Assembly (NCBI GenBank): GCA_038227875.1
Contig: JBBRPR010000006.1
Location: 96,001 to 160,000, forward strand
Direction: 5' to 3'
Length of the DNA stretch: 64,000 bases
DNA from: Planctomycetota bacterium
GTDB lineage: Bacteria; Planctomycetota; SZUA-567; H5-PLA8
Within the stretch, counting starts at the first letter, position 1; the number at the start of each line of letters is the position of its first letter. The position numbers and the translations under genes are program-made. This document shows positions 38,920-49,442 of the stretch, in pieces. Under the pieces are notes generated by a model. That model saw only the letters and a list, made by a program, of their open reading frames with translations, was not told where the DNA came from and searched no databases.

Positions 38920-39021
38920 CAAATGGAACGGACCCCCAGCGGCTGCGTCGTTTCGTTACACATTTAAGAGTCCCCGCGCGGGCGGTGTCTCTTTTTAAGG
39001 CATTGAACTGAAAGCGGATAC

Positions 39022-41187
39022 ATGTTCCGAGAGATTCTAAAACCGTTGGCGTCGTTGAAGCTCGCCTTGATCCTCCTGGCGGTCATCATCATCGCCTCCA
39101 TCGCCGGCACGTGGTACGAATCCAAGGTGAGCGCCGAGGTCGCCAAGCGCCTGATTTATGGCAACATCTGGTTCGACATCTGGCTGACCTTCCTGGCCAT
39201 CAATCTCTTCAGTGTCGCGGCCATCCGCTACCCGTGGAAGCCGCATCAGACCGGCTTCGTGATCACCCATGCCGGCATCATTGTGCTCCTGATCGGCTCG
39301 ATGATCGATCGCCATTTCGGCGTCGAAGGCTTCGTCCAGTTGCACCGCGGAGTGGAAGCCACCGACGTGATGGAACTGCGCGAGCAGGAACTGGTCGCCA
39401 CGGTCGACGGAGTTCAAGAAGCCGCACACACCCAGTTTAACGTGAAGTCGATGGACAAGGCGTTCAAGGTCAAGTCGCCCGACCCGGCGGTGAAGATCGA
39501 AGTCATCGACACCAAGGAAGTGGAAGTCTACAAGGACGTCAGCGACGCGCAGACCGGCCCGGCCGCGGTCCATCTCCACATGGAAGGCCCGATGATGGGC
39601 CAGCAGGACCGCTGGTTGTTCCTCGGCGACAATTTTGAAGAAGGTCCGGCCGTGCTTGCATTCCAGCCCGGCATGCCGCCCCCGGCCAATCCGGCCGGCA
39701 CGGGCACGCAGATCCTGCGCCCGAGGCAGGAGCGCTACTACGTCTTCACCAAGAACGCCACCGAACCGATGATCTCCGAACGCGTCGGCGAACCCACCCG
39801 CGCGGTGGTCAATCTGGTGATCGATCCCAAGACTGCCGTGCCGACGCTGAAAATGCAGCTCCTGGGCAAGAGCTTCGACATCCCCGTCAAGGGCAACGAA
39901 AAAACCGACTACCCGCTGATGGGGCTTGATGAGTGGAAGGTGTACATCTACGGCTACTTCCCGAACTTCCGCATGGAAGGCGGCAAGCCCGTCAATTTCA
40001 ACGACAACCCGGACAATCCCGCGATCTTCTTCGATCTGCTCGGACCGAAAGTCATGGCCGACGTCGAAAAGCCGCTGGCCAAGCATGGCGGCGGCAACAT
40101 GGCGCCGGGCACCGGCATGGGCGGGGAAAAGACCAACGCGCTCCAGGTTTACCTCGGTGATGACGGCAAGCTGCGCTACTTTTTGAAATCGCGCAAAGAC
40201 GGCGACTTCGCCGGCGAAGTGGTGCTCTCCGACAAGAAGGAACTGCACTGGGCGCCGGGCGCGACGTTCACCATCGACGAGTACCATGCGCACTCGTCGA
40301 CGAAGATGGCGTGGCGTCCGCTCGAAAATGTCTCAAAGGATAACGAGAACCAGGCGCCGGGCCTCTTCTGCCGCATTACCGTCGGCAACGACAAGAAGGA
40401 AGTCTGGCTTGGCCAGCGCATGCTCAAGCCGCACACCGATGACCACACCGGCAAGACCACCGTCGAACTGCCGCGCGAAATCTTCGAAGTCGGCGGAAAA
40501 AAAGTCGGCCTCTCCTTCGCCAACCAGTTCCAGATGCTGCCGTTCAAGGTCAGCCTGCTGAAGTTCTCCGCGCCGGCCAACGAAGGCATGGAAAACGAAA
40601 TGAGCTTCGCGTCGTTCGAAAGCACGCTGAGCTTCGATGGCCATCTCGACTGGGTGCTGCTCAAGCCCGACGCCAAGATCCTGGCCGAAGCGCGCAATCC
40701 GCAAACCAAGAGCGACATCCCCGACATCCTCGAGGGCGGAAAATCGCGCGACATGTACGGCGCGATCATCGCCGAAGACGAGACGCAGATCACGATGGAA
40801 TTCCTCAACCGCCAGACGGTCACCGTGCCGAAGACCGATATCGCAGCGTCCGTCCAGAAGACGCGCAAGATCTATATGAATTCGCCGACGACCTACCCGG
40901 AAGTCTGGTACGGTCCGTGGCTGGGCACGACCTACAAATTTTCGCAGGCTGAACACCGCATGCCGGTCGATCCGGATTACTCCGGCGTCCAGATCCTGCG
41001 CGATCCGGGTTGGATGCCCAAGTGGGTCGGCTGCCTGATGATCTGCTTCGGCATCTTCACCATGTTCTACCTGAAACCGTACTTCAACCGGCGCCCGGAA
41101 CCCGTGGCCAATGCGGGCGGGAAGCAAAAAAAGGGAAGTGAGAAGGATAAAGGCAAGTTGCGCGTCGCTGATTCGGTCAAGAGCTGA
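39022..41187 (+). CDS. Cytochrome c biogenesis protein ResB/CcsB-like
   Basis: LASLKLAL..IAGT, three N-terminal TMs with ITHAGI His, large periplasmic domain, C-terminal DPG+TM; adjacent to ccsA. Confidence 0.82.
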   Translation: MFREILKPLASLKLALILLAVIIIASIAGTWYESKVSAEVAKRLIYGNIWFDIWLTFLAINLFSVAAIRYPWKPHQTGFVITHAGIIVLLIGSMIDRHFGVEGFVQLHRGVEATDVMELREQELVATVDGVQEAAHTQFNVKSMDKAFKVKSPDPAVKIEVIDTKEVEVYKDVSDAQTGPAAVHLHMEGPMMGQQDRWLFLGDNFEEGPAVLAFQPGMPPPANPAGTGTQILRPRQERYYVFTKNATEPMISERVGEPTRAVVNLVIDPKTAVPTLKMQLLGKSFDIPVKGNEKTDYPLMGLDEWKVYIYGYFPNFRMEGGKPVNFNDNPDNPAIFFDLLGPKVMADVEKPLAKHGGGNMAPGTGMGGEKTNALQVYLGDDGKLRYFLKSRKDGDFAGEVVLSDKKELHWAPGATFTIDEYHAHSSTKMAWRPLENVSKDNENQAPGLFCRITVGNDKKEVWLGQRMLKPHTDDHTGKTTVELPREIFEVGGKKVGLSFANQFQMLPFKVSLLKFSAPANEGMENEMSFASFESTLSFDGHLDWVLLKPDAKILAEARNPQTKSDIPDILEGGKSRDMYGAIIAEDETQITMEFLNRQTVTVPKTDIAASVQKTRKIYMNSPTTYPEVWYGPWLGTTYKFSQAEHRMPVDPDYSGVQILRDPGWMPKWVGCLMICFGIFTMFYLKPYFNRRPEPVANAGGKQKKGSEKDKGKLRVADSVKS

Positions 41188-41231
41188 CGAGATCCCTAAA
41201 ATTCATGCGGTACTTTTGAGGTAAGGTAACA

Positions 41232-43247
41232 ATGCGAATGCAACTCAATACGGTAGTGCGACTGGGAAGTGCGGCGCTTTTGGCGCTGCTGACGCTGGGT
41301 GTCCATGCCGCGGACGGCGGGATCGATACGCGCCCGGTGGATCCGCATGCTGCCCCCTCTGCGCCCGCTGCACCAGCCACCGATCCTCACGCGCTGGCCG
41401 CGGACCCGCACGCCCCGGCCGCACCGGCCGCTGCCGATCAGGGCAGCGACGAATCGGATCTGCCGCCGGCGATCTTGAAAGGGCCGATGGACTTTTCCGC
41501 CATCGAAATGCTCGCGATCCAGGAAGGCGGACGCAAGAAGCCGCTGCAGACATACGCCATCGAACACATTCAGCAGATCGTCGGCAAGCCGCTCTACCCG
41601 TTCGCCGGCATCACGCCGCACATCAAGGACAAGGAAACCGGCGAAACGCTTTACGCCATGGACATGTTCTGTTCGATGTGGTTTCAGACGCGCGATTGGA
41701 ACAAGTTTCCCTGCATCATGGTCTCCTACGGCCCGCTGCTCGACGAAATGAAACTGCCGCGAACGGAAAAATACGTCAGCCTGGAACAGCTGCAGGCCAG
41801 TGACGCGTTCCGGAAGATCTTCGAAAGCGCGCTCGATAAGCGCCACAAGAATCAGGAAAAGGCCGTCACCGCGCTGGAACAGGAAGCCGAACTGGTCAAG
41901 AAGCGCGCCGACTCCATGCTGGAAATCATCAACGGGTTTGCCGCGCTGAACATCATCCCGCATCCCTCCGACGCCCAGGGCACCTGGATCTCGATGGGCG
42001 CGTTGAAGGACAGTTTCGACGCCAGTTCGACCCGCCAATATTACACGGAAGCCCAGGCGCAGAAGGTGCTCTCCTCGCTCCGCTCCGTGGTCCTGGCCTA
42101 CCGCAAGCGCGAAGAAGGCGCGTTCAGCGCCGCATCGTCGGAGCTCCGCACCTCGCTGATCAATTTAAGCCCCGCGATCTACCCCAGCTACGACGCGCTC
42201 GATCGCGAAGTCAGCTACAACAAACTGCATCCCTTCGGCATCGCATGGCTCAGCTACCTGCTCGCGCTGACGCTGGGCACCGCCTTCTTCAAGTTCAAAG
42301 GCAAGCTCTCCTACCTTGCGCCCATGGGCATCTTCCTGATGGGGCTGACCTTTCACGTCTTCGGCTTTGTCTCGCGCTGTCTGATCGCCGGCCGGCCGCC
42401 GGTCTCTAATATGTACGAATCGGTGGTCTGGGTCGGCTTCGGCGCGGTTTTCTTCAGCATGGTCTTCGAACTGATCTACCGCAAACGCTACTTCATGATC
42501 TGCGGCGCGACGGCCGGATTCCTCTGCCTGGTGTTGATGGACATGCTGCCGGTCGTCACCGGCAACCCTGGCGAACCGGGTTTCAGCTCCGACATCAAGC
42601 CGCTCGTCCCGGTGCTGCGCAACAATTTCTGGCTGACGGTCCACGTGCTGACTATCACGCTCAGCTACGCCGCGTTCCTGCTCACCTGCGTGCTCGCGCA
42701 CGTCACACTCTACCGCCACTTCATGGACCCCGGCGCGAAGGACAACCAGCGCGAACTCCATCAGTACATCTACCGCGCGATGCAAGTCGGCGTGCTGCTG
42801 ATCGCCTGCGGCACGATCCTCGGCGGCGTCTGGGCCTACTATTCGTGGGGGCGCTTCTGGGGTTGGGACCCGAAGGAAACGTGGGCGTTCATCACGCTGA
42901 TGTGCTACCTCGTGGTGCTGCACGGACGCTTCAGCGGCCTGTGGAGCAACTTCGGCTTAAGCCTCGGCGCGGTCTTCTGCTTCAACTCCGTGGTGATGGC
43001 CTGGTACGGCGTGAACTTCGTCCTCGGCAGCGGTCTGCATGCCTACGGCGCGGGTGCCGGTGGGCAGGGCTGGGTGCTGAGCGCCGTGGTCCTCGACCTG
43101 ATCTTCGCAGTCTCCACGTGGATCCGCTACGCGTCCTACCACAGCGCGGTCAAGCAGACGGAAGAACTGAAACTCACAACCACCGATCCCATCGAGGAAG
43201 TCCGCTCGCTGGGTGACGACAGCGGCGAGTCCCTGGCCGCGAAGTAA
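41232..43247 (+). CDS. ccsA: Cytochrome c biogenesis protein CcsA/ResC (system II)
   Basis: WWD motif GGVWAYYSWGRFWGWDPKETW; PVSNMYES; LTVHV; GLHAY. Confidence 0.93.
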   Translation: MRMQLNTVVRLGSAALLALLTLGVHAADGGIDTRPVDPHAAPSAPAAPATDPHALAADPHAPAAPAAADQGSDESDLPPAILKGPMDFSAIEMLAIQEGGRKKPLQTYAIEHIQQIVGKPLYPFAGITPHIKDKETGETLYAMDMFCSMWFQTRDWNKFPCIMVSYGPLLDEMKLPRTEKYVSLEQLQASDAFRKIFESALDKRHKNQEKAVTALEQEAELVKKRADSMLEIINGFAALNIIPHPSDAQGTWISMGALKDSFDASSTRQYYTEAQAQKVLSSLRSVVLAYRKREEGAFSAASSELRTSLINLSPAIYPSYDALDREVSYNKLHPFGIAWLSYLLALTLGTAFFKFKGKLSYLAPMGIFLMGLTFHVFGFVSRCLIAGRPPVSNMYESVVWVGFGAVFFSMVFELIYRKRYFMICGATAGFLCLVLMDMLPVVTGNPGEPGFSSDIKPLVPVLRNNFWLTVHVLTITLSYAAFLLTCVLAHVTLYRHFMDPGAKDNQRELHQYIYRAMQVGVLLIACGTILGGVWAYYSWGRFWGWDPKETWAFITLMCYLVVLHGRFSGLWSNFGLSLGAVFCFNSVVMAWYGVNFVLGSGLHAYGAGAGGQGWVLSAVVLDLIFAVSTWIRYASYHSAVKQTEELKLTTTDPIEEVRSLGDDSGESLAAK

Positions 43248-43249
43248 TC

Positions 43250-43424
43250 GTAGTCCGGGCGTCCCGCCCGGTCTAACTGTCCACGATGGAGTGAACGTCG
43301 ATATCTCGGTTCGGCAAATCTACCGCGAAGCAATATTGCGTTGCTTCGCAATAGATAACGTCCATCGAACGACTGATCGGTTTCACTTATGCTGTGGTCA
43401 GACCGGGCGGGACGCCGGGACTAC
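43250..43424. repeat. REPIN/MITE-like element copy B
   Basis: GTAGTCCGGGCGTCCCGCCCGGTCT ... AGACCGGGCGGGACGCCGGGACTAC with central TCTACCGCGAAGCAA..TTGCTTCGC. Confidence 0.85.
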
Positions 43425-43889
43425 AAACAGCTCCGTGATCTTCGCCCGGCGGTAGTCAAAGATCTTCTCGACGTCGCGCCGCACGATCGGCAGCACGAAC
43501 CACCGGCCCAGAAATCCCAGCGGCACCACGTAGCGGACATGATCGATCACATTGGTGCCACCGCGGACGGATTCAAATAGATGCGTGTGGTGCCAGAGCG
43601 CGTAGGGACCGCGCACTTGCGTGTCGACGAAGCGTTCGTTGGGCCGCCACTCTTCAATCCGCGATTGCCAGCGCACCGGCACGCCGCGCAGGCGGAGTTT
43701 GTAGTCGATCAGCGTGCCTTCCGTAATCTCCGGCGTACTTTTGCCCAGCACGTGAAAATGCAGAAACGGCGGCGTGATGACTTCGAGGTTCTTCTCGTCG
43801 GCGAAGAACGGGAAAACCTTCTCAACGGGCAGTGGCAGCCACTGTTCGGTGTGCAGGACGCTGCCTGTTTCGGATTCAGATTTCGACAT
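43398..43889 (-). CDS. SRPBCC family protein
   Basis: VFPFF..NLEVITPP, FVDTQVRGPYALWHHTH, KIFDYR. Confidence 0.9.
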   Translation of the reverse strand: MSKSESETGSVLHTEQWLPLPVEKVFPFFADEKNLEVITPPFLHFHVLGKSTPEITEGTLIDYKLRLRGVPVRWQSRIEEWRPNERFVDTQVRGPYALWHHTHLFESVRGGTNVIDHVRYVVPLGFLGRWFVLPIVRRDVEKIFDYRRAKITELFVVPASRPV

Positions 43890-43957
43890 GAGTGTTTCTA
43901 GGCTGCTGGACTCCCGTTGCGGCTGTAAGTAGCATAGCGTTCAAGGGAGCGGATTGC

Positions 43958-44794
43958 ATGCTGACATTGACGCGCAAAGTCACGTTCACTGCCGGGCACA
44001 TCTACCGTGGCGGCGGACTTTCCACGGCGGAGCTGCAACAGGTCTTCGGCGTCGCTGCCGAGCCCAGCGGACACGGGCACAACTACGTGCTGGAAGTCAG
44101 CGTCGAAGGCCCGGTCAATCCGATCGACGGCATGGTCATCAACATCAAGGATGTCGACGCGAACTTAAAGCGGATTCTCTCCGACATCGACCACCGCCTG
44201 CTCAACACCGCGCTCCCCGAATTCGCCGACGCCGTGCCGACCACCGAAGTCCTCGCGCAGGTCCTCTGGAAACGCCTGCCGGCCGTGATGGGTTCGGCAC
44301 GCTGCACCTCCCTGCGCCTGGAAGAACATCCGGGCTTTCACATCGAACTATTCGGAGCCGAACCGAACATGGTCCACCTCACGCGCTCGATCGAATTCGC
44401 CGCCTCGCATCGGCTCCATTCCGAAAAACTCTCGGCGGAAGAGAACATCCGCATCTACGGCAAATGCAACAACCTCCACGGCCACGGCCACAACTACGTC
44501 GCGGAGATCACCGTCAAAGGCGAACCGGATGCGCGCACGGGCATCGTCATCGACGTCGGCAAGTTCGAGACGCTGCTTGAACAGGAAATCGAAACGCGCT
44601 TCGACCACAAGCATCTGAACTTCGACACGTCATTCTTCAAGGACCAGGTCGCCACCGCCGAGAACATCGCGATCGTGATCTGGAAGCTCCTCGACGGCAA
44701 AATCCAGTCCTGCCGCGACGGCGGCACCGTGAAGCTGCACCGCGTCCGCCTGATCGAAACGGCGCGGAGCTGGTTCGATTACTTCGGCTCTTAG
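43958..44794 (+). CDS. Tandem two-domain 6-pyruvoyl/6-carboxy-tetrahydropterin synthase (PTPS/QueD family)
   Basis: Two units: FTAGH..GHGHNY..DHRLLN..TTE and FAASHRL..CNNLHGHGHNY..DHKHLN..TAENIA. Confidence 0.9.
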   Translation: MLTLTRKVTFTAGHIYRGGGLSTAELQQVFGVAAEPSGHGHNYVLEVSVEGPVNPIDGMVINIKDVDANLKRILSDIDHRLLNTALPEFADAVPTTEVLAQVLWKRLPAVMGSARCTSLRLEEHPGFHIELFGAEPNMVHLTRSIEFAASHRLHSEKLSAEENIRIYGKCNNLHGHGHNYVAEITVKGEPDARTGIVIDVGKFETLLEQEIETRFDHKHLNFDTSFFKDQVATAENIAIVIWKLLDGKIQSCRDGGTVKLHRVRLIETARSWFDYFGS

Positions 44795-44866
44795 ACAATT
44801 GCAGGTGGATGCAAACCGGAATTTTGCATTCGAAAAAGCGGGAAAACGGGTCAAACTAGGTGTTCT

Positions 44867-45298
44867 ATGGCTATCGAACTGCCCGATGACAAACCGCTGG
44901 TCGCACCCGGCGAGGCCGCCAAACCGGAAGACTCCATGCGCCTGATCGCGCAGGGCGGCACGGCCGTGACCAATGCCGTGAAGGTCACCGGCAAAGAGAA
45001 GTTTGAGTTCATGGTGCTCTACTGCCTGCGCCTGCTGAACCAGGCGCCCAAGGGCGAAATCTGCGGCTTCTACCAGACGGATTTCGACGACTGCGACGAG
45101 CACACGATGCGGGTGATCCAGAAGCTGATCGGCCGCAGCGGTTTCATCTGCAGCGACTTCATCGACCCCAACACAAAGAAGTACAACGGCTTCTGGGCCT
45201 GGCGCAAGAAGGACCCCGCCGCCGCTGCCCCCGCCCCCGCCGCGGGAAATCCTCCGCCTCAATCACCTCCGCAGCCTCCGAAGATTCGTGAGTTCTAA
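44867..45298 (+). CDS. Hypothetical protein
   Basis: 143-aa ORF with host-like codon usage, Pro-rich tail. Confidence 0.7.
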   Translation: MAIELPDDKPLVAPGEAAKPEDSMRLIAQGGTAVTNAVKVTGKEKFEFMVLYCLRLLNQAPKGEICGFYQTDFDDCDEHTMRVIQKLIGRSGFICSDFIDPNTKKYNGFWAWRKKDPAAAAPAPAAGNPPPQSPPQPPKIREF

Positions 45299-45460
45299 GC
45301 GCATCGTTGCGCGTCACAATAAGGTGCGATTGTGTGTCCAGGAGCAAGCGCTGTATGCTTGCTCCTTGACGCACAGCCGCCCGCCTTGCCATTGACGTTC
45401 AATATTCTTCGAATACCGTCAAGACATTCCCAATTACAAATTCAACCACGGAGTCTTTTC

Positions 45461-46507
45461 ATGAAAAAGCTCGGAGCTGTGCTGGCGCTGGTTCTAGTGA
45501 GTGCGGTTGCACTGTTGGCCGGATGCGGCGCACCGAGTACGCCGACGACACCAACCACGGGCGGCGGAGACACCAAGCCGGTCGAGAAGGCCGGCGACTT
45601 TAAAGTCGCGCTGGTCACGCCGGGAGAAGTCACCGACGGCGGGTGGAGTCAGAGCGCTTACGACGGTCTCCAGAAAATTCACACCGAACTGAATGTGCCG
45701 GTCAATAACGCCGTCGCCGACGCGCCGGCCAAAGCCTTCGCGGCGTTCCGCGACTTTGCCGGGCAGGACTACAGCCTCGTCATCGGCCACGCCAGCGAAT
45801 GGTACGCGCCGGAAACCTTGAAGATCGCCGAGCAGCATCCCAAGACCACGTTCCTGATTTCCGGCGGCGAGAACGCGCAGGGCAACGTCGCCTGCATGCG
45901 CTTCCAGCTCGAAGACGCCTGCTACGTGCTCGGCCAGATCGCCGCGTCGATGAGCAAGTCCAACAAGATCGGCGTCGTCGGACCGGAGAAGGTCGCTGTG
46001 ATCGAAAGCACCTTCTTTGCGTTCGAACAGGGCGCGAAGTCGGTGAAGAAGGACATCGAAGTCACCATCGTCTGGACGCAGGACGGCAAGGACATCGCCC
46101 GCGCCAAGGAACGGACGCTGATCCTGATCGACCAGGGCTGCGACTTTATTTTTCACAACGCCAACAATGGCGCGGCCGGCGTCTTCCAGGCGGTGCAGGA
46201 GAAGAAGGACAAGGGCGTGCTCGCCTTTGGCGCCAACGCCGACCAGTCGTCGATGGCTCCCGATGTGATCCTGGCTTCGGCGGCAATCGATATCTCTGGC
46301 GCATTTGTCAGCCTCGCCAAGAGCGTCAAGGACGGCTCGTTCAAAAGCGAAGTGCAGTTCATCGGCATGAAACAGAACGGCGTCTCCGTGGTCTACAATC
46401 CCAAAATTGAGAGCAAGATTCCCGCGGACGTAAAAAAGCTGGCCGAAGAGACGATAAAGAAGATCAAGGCTGGCGACTTCAAGGTTCCCCGGCAGAATAT
46501 GAAGTAG
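45461..46507 (+). CDS. BMP/PnrA-family (nucleoside-type) substrate-binding lipoprotein
   Basis: LAGC lipobox; DGGWSQSAYDGL; SKSNKIG; GCDFIFH; DQS. Confidence 0.9.
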   Translation: MKKLGAVLALVLVSAVALLAGCGAPSTPTTPTTGGGDTKPVEKAGDFKVALVTPGEVTDGGWSQSAYDGLQKIHTELNVPVNNAVADAPAKAFAAFRDFAGQDYSLVIGHASEWYAPETLKIAEQHPKTTFLISGGENAQGNVACMRFQLEDACYVLGQIAASMSKSNKIGVVGPEKVAVIESTFFAFEQGAKSVKKDIEVTIVWTQDGKDIARAKERTLILIDQGCDFIFHNANNGAAGVFQAVQEKKDKGVLAFGANADQSSMAPDVILASAAIDISGAFVSLAKSVKDGSFKSEVQFIGMKQNGVSVVYNPKIESKIPADVKKLAEETIKKIKAGDFKVPRQNMK

Positions 46508-46519
46508 CTGCCGATTTCG

Positions 46520-46535
46520 TGGCACGAAAATTGCA
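46520..46535 (+). promoter_or_regulatory. Consensus sigma-54 promoter
   Basis: TGGCACGAAAATTGCA = TGGCAC-N5-TTGCA, 58 nt before ATG 46594. Confidence 0.75.
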
Positions 46536-46593
46536 CCTTGAATCAGCAACGAATAGCTCTGTCTCAATTTGACACGTACGCAGGATCCCACCC

Positions 46594-47091
46594 ATGTCAC
46601 GCATCCCGATTTTCATCGAAGTTCCCGAAGCCACGAAGGACGCCAATATCTGCGTCAAGGCCGTGCAGGTGTTATTGGAGCAGAAAATCGAACCGGTGGG
46701 ATTGGCGACACATCTACCTGAACTCACGGATGTCCTGAAGCAGCTGCGCGAACACGGCCTGGAAGCCGCGGTCTTCATCATCAATACTTTCAAGGCCAAA
46801 GAGATCATCGCCCAGCTAGACCCGATGATGGGCGAAGTGCCCGCCGTCTTCCTCCGCCGCGCCATGTTCGCCGGCCAGAGCGGACTCATGGATCACATGC
46901 CCGACCCGAGCCGCCCTCTCGGCAGCACCATGACGACCTTAAAAAACATGACGCCGCGCCTCACGTCCATCTGGACCTACGGCGCGAAGAACGTCGACCA
47001 GGTCTCCCAGCGCATCGTTCGCTGCACGCAGAAATTCGTCGCCGACGGAAATTTCAAGCATTACGAGATTGAGAATAAGGCGGGCGGCTAG
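46594..47091 (+). CDS. Hypothetical protein, possibly degenerate receiver (CheY-like) fold
   Basis: Alternating beta/alpha pattern IPIFIE..EPVGLA..AAVFIIN..VPAVFL; host-like codons. Confidence 0.6.
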   Translation: MSRIPIFIEVPEATKDANICVKAVQVLLEQKIEPVGLATHLPELTDVLKQLREHGLEAAVFIINTFKAKEIIAQLDPMMGEVPAVFLRRAMFAGQSGLMDHMPDPSRPLGSTMTTLKNMTPRLTSIWTYGAKNVDQVSQRIVRCTQKFVADGNFKHYEIENKAGG

Positions 47092-47183
47092 AACGGCGAA
47101 CGGCGGAAATCGGGATTAGGGAATCGGAATTCGCCGCGCATTGCGTTCGGCGAATTCCCATTCCCGAATTCAGATTCCGCGTA

Positions 47184-49265
47184 TTACGGCTTCACTTCCC
47201 GCTCAACCTTGCCGTCCTGAACATGCACCGACGTCGTCCGGTTGATGCGGCGCTTGTCTTCGGAGACGAAGCGGGCTTCCAGCGAGTCGCGTTGCGGATG
47301 GAGGAGGAACGGGACGTTCTCTTCCTTCAGCACGAAGTCACCCTGCCCCATGCCCTTGCCGTATTGCCAGTTGCCCTTCAATTTCACGTCCCACAGCTGC
47401 GGCACGCCGGCGGTGACTTCGATCTGGGACTCAAACGGGTGCTGCGAATTCTGCGAGTGCGAGGCGTCGAGCTGCAGGCCGATGGCGCCCACGTCAGTGG
47501 TGCGGTTGGCGTGCTCGAGCGTGCCGGATTCGAGTTTGAAATTCTTCAGGCGCGTCGTCTTCCAGTGCAGCTTCGGTGAGAGCTCGAACTGCACGTCAGC
47601 TTCGCCGTGAAGTGAAAGATCGTGGAACTGCCAGGGCGTATCGGTGCCGAACATCGCCACCAGCGCGTCCCAGAACGGTCCGAAGTTCGAATGCGTGGCC
47701 GACACCGCGGGCTGCGACTTGGGATTGCCGTAGATTAGCCCGGCGCCGTCGTCGAGGTTCACGGTATCAAAATGGAGCAGCAAGTCGCGGCCGAAGCGGC
47801 CTTTCGCGTACATGTGACCGGAGACGTTCTGCATGCCGACGGGAAGCAGATCGGGCTTGGGGAAATGGCGTGCGTCAGCTTCGACTTCAAATTCCGCCCA
47901 GGGCAGCTTGCGGGCGGCGACGGTTGCATTGTCGACGACGAGATAATCTTTGACGATCGACTTGAAGCGCCAGAGCGACTGGCGGAACTCGAGCTTCGCG
48001 GAATCGCCGCCGCGCGGCTCGATCAGCATTTCATACGAGCGCATGCCGTCCTTTTCGCGCGCGGTACGGGTTTCGAAGCTGAGCTGATCGCCAAGGAATC
48101 CGCGGACCACGATCCGGCATGGGCGGCCCTGGGTATCGGTCTCGACGGCGCCTTTCAACGATTCCAGCGGCGGAAACTGCGCATCGCCGCGGCTGCCGGT
48201 GAACGCGCTGCCGGCGCCTTCGTCGCAGGCAAATTCCAGCTTGCCGTCGATCATGTGAAAGTGGACGCGGCCGTTGTGCCCGGTTTTGATGCGGTCGACC
48301 TGCATCCAGCGCGGCCAGATGCTTTCGTCTTTCTCCGCGCCCAGCAGCTGGTCGAGGAAATACGGCAGCGCCTGGCCTTCCACCTTTTCGGGAGACGGCA
48401 GGCGGAATTCCAGATCGCGGTATCCGACTTCGCCGTCGCATGCGAACGCTTTCGTCGCCGTCGCCGGCTGAATGGCGATGCGCAGCGAAGTTACGATGCC
48501 TTCCGCGCCCATCTCGCCGGAGAAGAGCGAACGGACGAGCAGGCCCACGGGATCGAGCTTGTCGCCGAAGGGCTTCTTGTCCATCGCGACGACATCGCGC
48601 GTGTTGAGCTGGATGTTTTCGCCGGTCAGCTGCCACTGCCCGTCTTCCAGCGTTTCGAGCTTCAAATTGAACGGCTTGCCGTTGAGTTCCCGCAAGCTGA
48701 ATGCGACGCGGACATCTTCCAGCGCACCGCTGCGGATTTCGCCGCTGCAGCCGGTCAGCTGCACGGGCGTGATGTCGCCGATGTTCAGTTTCAAATTGCA
48801 GTTCTGAAATTCGATCGGAAACGGCGGCCCCTTGGGCTGCCAGAGCTTGCCGTTCTGGAGAAAACCCTGCGAGACGGTCACTTCCGTATCCTTCATTCCA
48901 TCCACGGTCAGCTTGCGGACGTTTGGCGGCCACGGAAAAAGATCGACCTTCAGCGTGACATGATCGGCCGAGAGGCCTGAGATCTTGTCGTTGGGGTTGG
49001 CCGAATCGAGCGGGTAGATGTTCTCGCGGTGCAGATCGGAGACCACCAGCGCGCCTTCATGCCAGTCGAAGACGACGGATTTGAAGGTGTGCTGTCCCTG
49101 GCTGTCGAGATTGGAGAGCGCGCCGCGCAGCAGTTCTTCCTTGCCGCCGGCCTTCATGTACCCGGCAAACGCCGCCAGCACGCTGACCAGTCCTGCCAGA
49201 AACATCAGCAGTCCCTGCCAGGCGTGAACATAATACGCAACGCGAAGTCGAGGAGTCCATTCCAT
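47184..49265 (-). CDS. Membrane-anchored beta-rich hypothetical protein (AsmA-like?)
   Basis: Single N-terminal TM then beta-strand-rich 693-aa sequence. Confidence 0.55.
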   Translation of the reverse strand: MEWTPRLRVAYYVHAWQGLLMFLAGLVSVLAAFAGYMKAGGKEELLRGALSNLDSQGQHTFKSVVFDWHEGALVVSDLHRENIYPLDSANPNDKISGLSADHVTLKVDLFPWPPNVRKLTVDGMKDTEVTVSQGFLQNGKLWQPKGPPFPIEFQNCNLKLNIGDITPVQLTGCSGEIRSGALEDVRVAFSLRELNGKPFNLKLETLEDGQWQLTGENIQLNTRDVVAMDKKPFGDKLDPVGLLVRSLFSGEMGAEGIVTSLRIAIQPATATKAFACDGEVGYRDLEFRLPSPEKVEGQALPYFLDQLLGAEKDESIWPRWMQVDRIKTGHNGRVHFHMIDGKLEFACDEGAGSAFTGSRGDAQFPPLESLKGAVETDTQGRPCRIVVRGFLGDQLSFETRTAREKDGMRSYEMLIEPRGGDSAKLEFRQSLWRFKSIVKDYLVVDNATVAARKLPWAEFEVEADARHFPKPDLLPVGMQNVSGHMYAKGRFGRDLLLHFDTVNLDDGAGLIYGNPKSQPAVSATHSNFGPFWDALVAMFGTDTPWQFHDLSLHGEADVQFELSPKLHWKTTRLKNFKLESGTLEHANRTTDVGAIGLQLDASHSQNSQHPFESQIEVTAGVPQLWDVKLKGNWQYGKGMGQGDFVLKEENVPFLLHPQRDSLEARFVSEDKRRINRTTSVHVQDGKVEREVKP

Positions 49266-49442
49266 TCGCGCGAGTATAAGCGGGGATGAAGTAACGGCAA
49301 GCTTCGTGGAGGAAGTGGATCATTTTCCATTTTCCATTCGGTCATTTTTCATTTTCCAATAACGGGAGCGTGGGACGCGCGCTTTCGTAATGGGAAAATG
49401 GAAAATGATTCCCCTCTCCCTCTCCGTTACTCTCGTTCCGCA

